Assembly (NCBI GenBank): GCA_029838195.1
Contig: JALGVJ010000004.1
Location: 96,001-160,000 of the forward strand
DNA: 64,000 nt
Direction of reading: 5' to 3'
Origin: Promethearchaeota archaeon
GTDB taxonomy: Archaea > Asgardarchaeota > Lokiarchaeia > Sigyniarchaeales > SOKP01
Shown: positions 60,462 to 64,000 of the stretch, piece after piece
Layout: each line of letters starts with the position of its first letter
Position numbering within the stretch: the first letter of the stretch is position 1
Notes under the pieces: generated by a model
What the model was told of the DNA's origin: nothing
The model's input: only the letters and a program-made list of their open reading frames with translations
Databases searched by the model: none
Translations under genes and position numbers: made by a program

Positions 60462-61663
60462 GCCGAAGCGAAAACGAGCAATTCATGGGCTATGTCCGTC
60501 CGAAAGGAAAGGTGGGTATCCGGAACAAGATTGCGATATTATCTTCAGTGGTGTGCGTGAACAACGTGGCTCGACAAGTTGCTAATAAAATCGAAAATGG
60601 CGTAGCCATTACCCATCCATTAGGCTGTGGACAATTTGGGGCCGATTTTTCCTACACCTTGCGGACTCTGGTCGGATTAGGCTCCAATCCCAATATTTAT
60701 GGCGTGGTCATCATTGGTTTGGGCTGTGAAAATATCACCAGTAAATTATTGGCACGGCAGATTAAAAAAACAAAAAAGCCTATAGAATTTTTTGATGTTC
60801 AAGATATTCAAGGTGGGACCATGGCTGCGATAGAAAAAGGCATCAAGTTAGCAAAACAAATGGAAACTGAAGCACGGGAGTTAAAGCGGGAGCCCTTTGA
60901 TTTTTCTCATTTAATTTTAGGTTTAGAATGCGGGGGTTCCGATTCGATTTCGGGAATAACGGCAAATCCCGTCGTAGGAAAAATCACGGATAAAATCATT
61001 GAATTGGGCGGAACTGCGATTCTTCCGGAATTTACGGAATGGATCGGTACGGAGCATTTATTAAAGAAGAGAGCCGTTAATGAACAGGTAGCGGAAAAAA
61101 TAGAGGAACCAATTCAGGCATTTTTAGAAAATACCATGAAAATTGGGATTGATTTTCGGGGAGTACAGCCTACACCAGGAAATATTGAGGGAGGCCTTAC
61201 AACAATCGAGGAAAAGTCTCTAGGCACTGTTGCGAAGGCTGGAACGGCTCCCATTCAAGGTATCATTAATTATTCCGAAGAGCCGAAGGGGAAGGGATTA
61301 TGGCTCATGATAGAGCCGGGACTTGACGTGGAATCCATGACGGGCTTGGCAGCAGGCGGAGCTCACGTCATCATCATGACAACGGGGCGAGGAAGCCCTT
61401 GTGGGAATCCAGTAGCACCCGTAATCAAGATTTGCGGAAATCCGCAGACATGCGATTGGATGGCTTCTAATATCGATGTAGATGCTTCCAAGATCATTAC
61501 AGAAAACAAATCCATCGAAGATATTGCGGATTTTTTATGGGAAAAGTTAAAGCGAGTAATAAATGGAGAAAAAACGCACGCGGAGGAATTAGGTTTCGAT
61601 GATTTGGCAATTTGGCGGGTGACGGGCACGTTTCCTTTTTCATTGAAAAAAGAAAGCAATTAA
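60458..61663 (+). CDS. UxaA-family hydro-lyase large subunit (altronate dehydratase / SuyB-like)
   Basis: GYVRPKGKVGIRN, HPLGC, GLGCE, ECGGSD..SGITANP, PGNIEGGLTTIEEKSLG, TTGRG. Confidence 0.92.
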   Translation: MSRSENEQFMGYVRPKGKVGIRNKIAILSSVVCVNNVARQVANKIENGVAITHPLGCGQFGADFSYTLRTLVGLGSNPNIYGVVIIGLGCENITSKLLARQIKKTKKPIEFFDVQDIQGGTMAAIEKGIKLAKQMETEARELKREPFDFSHLILGLECGGSDSISGITANPVVGKITDKIIELGGTAILPEFTEWIGTEHLLKKRAVNEQVAEKIEEPIQAFLENTMKIGIDFRGVQPTPGNIEGGLTTIEEKSLGTVAKAGTAPIQGIINYSEEPKGKGLWLMIEPGLDVESMTGLAAGGAHVIIMTTGRGSPCGNPVAPVIKICGNPQTCDWMASNIDVDASKIITENKSIEDIADFLWEKLKRVINGEKTHAEELGFDDLAIWRVTGTFPFSLKKESN

Positions 61664-61738
61664 AAACAACTAATTCTTATATGGAACTATAAGAGAATAA
61701 GAGCATGTAACATAAAATAAAAAAGGAGAGGATTCACC

Positions 61739-62947
61739 ACGTGTGACACGTTTGTTGCGTTAGGTAATGCAACGGAAGATGGGAGTGTTATTTTCGGAAA
61801 GAATAGCGATCGACCTCAATCGGAGGCGCAATTAATCACCTATTTTCCTCGAAAGCATCATTCAGAGGGAGAAATTTTACAATGTACGTATATTACCATT
61901 CCTCAAGTTAGAGAAACAGCAGCAATCTTGTTAAGTCAGCCCTTTTGGATGTGGGGGGCAGAAATGGGCGTAAACGAGTACGACGTGGCTATCGGAAATG
62001 AAGCCGTGTATACGAAGGAGCCATTAAGGGAAACGGGATTATTAGGAATGGATCTCTTGCGTCTTGGTTTGGAGCGGGGAAAAACGGCGAGAGAAGCATT
62101 GAATGTTATCACGAGCTTGTTGGAACTTCATGGACAAGGAGGAAATTGTGCATACGGTCAACAAGGCTGGACATATCATAATTCTTTTTTAATAGCAGAC
62201 CATAAAGAAGCCTACGTTTTAGATACGGCGGATAAATGGTGGGTGGCTGAAATCGTGAAGGATGTTCGCTCCATTTCCAATAACCTTTCTATTCGTGGAA
62301 AAGGAGATTTCCGAAGAGAAAGCATCATTGAGCATGCAATTGAGCAAGGATATTGCAAGGATGATGATGATTTTGATTTTGCCATGATTTTTTCCGATCC
62401 ACAAATTCCTGACACCTTTCCCCCTAATACTCGAGATGGATGTTCTTTACGCATGCTAAATGAAGGGAAAGGTACGATTACCGTGCGTAGCATGATGGAA
62501 TTTCTTAGGGAACATGAAGTTGGTATTTGCATGCACGGTGCCTTTCAATCCACGGGCTCGCAAGTTTCTTGGTTGAGAGGAGAAGATGAAAAATCCGTTC
62601 ATTGGTTCACGGGCGGCACCATTCCTTGTCTTAACATTTTTAAACCGTATGTTTTTCCGGTCGATGAGTTTAATGTTTTATCTCCCGGTCCTTATGAGGA
62701 AATCAATCCGGATTGGTTCTGGGCAAAACACGCCCGGTTCATTAAACCTTATAAAAGGCGTTCAGATAAGCCCGAAAAACGAGAATATCTCAATAAATTG
62801 AGGACAATTGAAGAACAACTAATTGTAGAGGTAGAACAATTAGTAAAAGAAGAGAAATCCATGTCTGAAAAGGATTTTGTCTCACGCATTAAAAAGATAA
62901 ATGAGGATGCTTGGATTCAGGCAAAAAACATGATTAACATGAAATGA
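61739..62947 (+). CDS. Peptidase C69 / secernin-like Ntn-hydrolase; apparent ACG start
   Basis: Extends the ORF-track call by 63 codons: (ACG)CDTFVALGNATEDGSVIFGKNSDRP..EAQ; WMWGAEMGVNE, GNEAV, LLGMDLLRLGLER, YHNSFLIAD. Confidence 0.88.
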   Translation, partial: TCDTFVALGNATEDGSVIFGKNSDRPQSEAQLITYFPRKHHSEGEILQCTYITIPQVRETAAILLSQPFWMWGAEMGVNEYDVAIGNEAVYTKEPLRETGLLGMDLLRLGLERGKTAREALNVITSLLELHGQGGNCAYGQQGWTYHNSFLIADHKEAYVLDTADKWWVAEIVKDVRSISNNLSIRGKGDFRRESIIEHAIEQGYCKDDDDFDFAMIFSDPQIPDTFPPNTRDGCSLRMLNEGKGTITVRSMMEFLREHEVGICMHGAFQSTGSQVSWLRGEDEKSVHWFTGGTIPCLNIFKPYVFPVDEFNVLSPGPYEEINPDWFWAKHARFIKPYKRRSDKPEKREYLNKLRTIEEQLIVEVEQLVKEEKSMSEKDFVSRIKKINEDAWIQAKNMINMK

Positions 62948-63076
62948 TGGAATGTTAACTCTTGCTAATTTTTCTATTTTTATTTTTAAAACTTTCCAAA
63001 TAAAAAACAAGAAAATTTTATATTCTGAAAGAACCTCATTTTTAATTAATAGTAAAAATTTTCATAGTGAAAAAAA

Positions 63077-63784
63077 ATGACTGAAGCTTCTTTTAGGAAA
63101 AAAATTAATGCTGTTAGAAAGCGATTTCATGAATTCATCACGGATTACAAAATCGTGAGAACATGTTCTATTTTTACGATTATTGCATATTCATTCTTGC
63201 TTATTATTGGAGTTATCATCGCTACCTTTTTAGGGACAACGAATTATAGGATTTGGACTCATTGGATAAGCGATCTTGGTACCCGAAATGATACGCCTGC
63301 ACCCTATCTTTATGATCTGGCAGCCATCTTGGCAGGGACTCTCACTATCCCTTTAACCTTTTATCTTGAAAAAATCTTAGCGCCAATGCCGCAGACTCCG
63401 AAGGAATTTAACAAGTATTCCCGCTTACGGTATCGAATTGCAAGTTATGGGTTTTTAATGAATATCATTGGAAATCTTGGATATATAGGGGTAGGCATTT
63501 GGAGAGGTGATAGAGATTATCCCATTCCCCTTTTGGGCATGGGTACTCATGGATTAATGTCAAGTCTTGCATTTGGGGGCTATACTTTTGGAGCATTTTT
63601 TTTTGGATGGCTCATTCTTCTTTATGAAACGAAAATTCCTAAGTTAATCGGGTTATATGGTGTGGTGGGGCCCCTTTTGACCTTAATCCTTTTCATGATT
63701 TTCGGAGGACCTCTATGGGAGTGGATACTCTTATTTTCCATTCTTGCTTGGGTGATTCCTTTGGCTATTTCATTATTTCATTAA
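63077..63784 (+). CDS. DUF998-like multi-pass membrane protein
   Basis: HWISDLG motif after TM1, GVGIW, conserved H, WEW near the C-terminus. Confidence 0.72.
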   Translation: MTEASFRKKINAVRKRFHEFITDYKIVRTCSIFTIIAYSFLLIIGVIIATFLGTTNYRIWTHWISDLGTRNDTPAPYLYDLAAILAGTLTIPLTFYLEKILAPMPQTPKEFNKYSRLRYRIASYGFLMNIIGNLGYIGVGIWRGDRDYPIPLLGMGTHGLMSSLAFGGYTFGAFFFGWLILLYETKIPKLIGLYGVVGPLLTLILFMIFGGPLWEWILLFSILAWVIPLAISLFH

Positions 63785-64000
63785 CAAATTACTCATCAAG
63801 GCGTTTTCAGATGATTAAATTAGAAAATGTTCCGCTTATTTCGGTTAAAAACAATGTGATTCATTTATCAATAAATAAATCATTAGAATTAAAGAACGAT
63901 TGCCTAACCTAAAAGTTCTCTATTTTTTTTAATATCCAATAATATCAATAAACAACGAAAAAAAGGAGCCTTATTCTTTCAATTTGGAGGTTTTTGATAA

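Noticed and set aside
1299-62801. Numerous 60-130 aa ORFs antisense to or nested in long genes (e.g. 3421..3735, 6850..7245, 41732..42097, 53869..54237, 61363..61659)
   Set aside because: Shadows of well-supported genes, with no recognisable motifs
63715-63912. 65-aa ORF at the window end
   Set aside because: Overlaps the DUF998-like gene out of frame, with no recognisable features
1-64000. CRISPR array, tRNA, rRNA or IS/transposase
   Set aside because: No regularly spaced repeats, no GC-rich cloverleaf or rRNA-like stretch and no transposase-like ORF were seen by eye; a covariance-model scan would be needed to exclude small RNAs

Overview
AT-rich archaeal chromosome segment, most consistent with an Asgard archaeon of the Lokiarchaeia type. 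This rests on split RpoA'/RpoA'', archaeal ribosomal proteins, an HMf-type histone, and eukaryotic signature proteins (Rab-like GTPase, Roadblock protein, Snf7-like ESCRT-III). 0-12 kb is information-processing core: TFS, S27e, L44e, pyrB, S7, an inverted S12, NusA, L30e, intein-containing RpoA'' and RpoA' with a C-terminal extension. It also holds a wHTH/ATP-cone/degenerate class III RNR fusion. 12-25 kb is catabolic genes (three acyl-CoA synthetase alpha subunits, two sulfatases, GH127), the histone and a Rab-like GTPase. 25-33 kb holds NurA, the HemK-KsgA-DUF655-RpoF-L21e-Pus10 cluster, a cold-shock protein and a HEPN-MNT pair whose HEPN has a nonsense codon. 35-46 kb is a loose neighbourhood of trafficking-like genes: a Roadblock protein with a PSAP/acidic tail, a catalytically degenerate zinc-ribbon CPBP protease, ESCRT-III, and a 671-aa protein that reads as FYVE-like Zn finger + coiled coil + PH-like + steadiness-box-like. 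That last protein is the best candidate for an undescribed ESCRT-related component. 47-64 kb is peptide/amino-acid/organic-acid catabolism and transport. Two genes appear to start at non-AUG codons (ATC, ACG), and several lesions or pseudogene remnants are visible. No tRNA, rRNA, CRISPR array or IS element was recognised. All family calls come from motif recognition by eye, not database searches.
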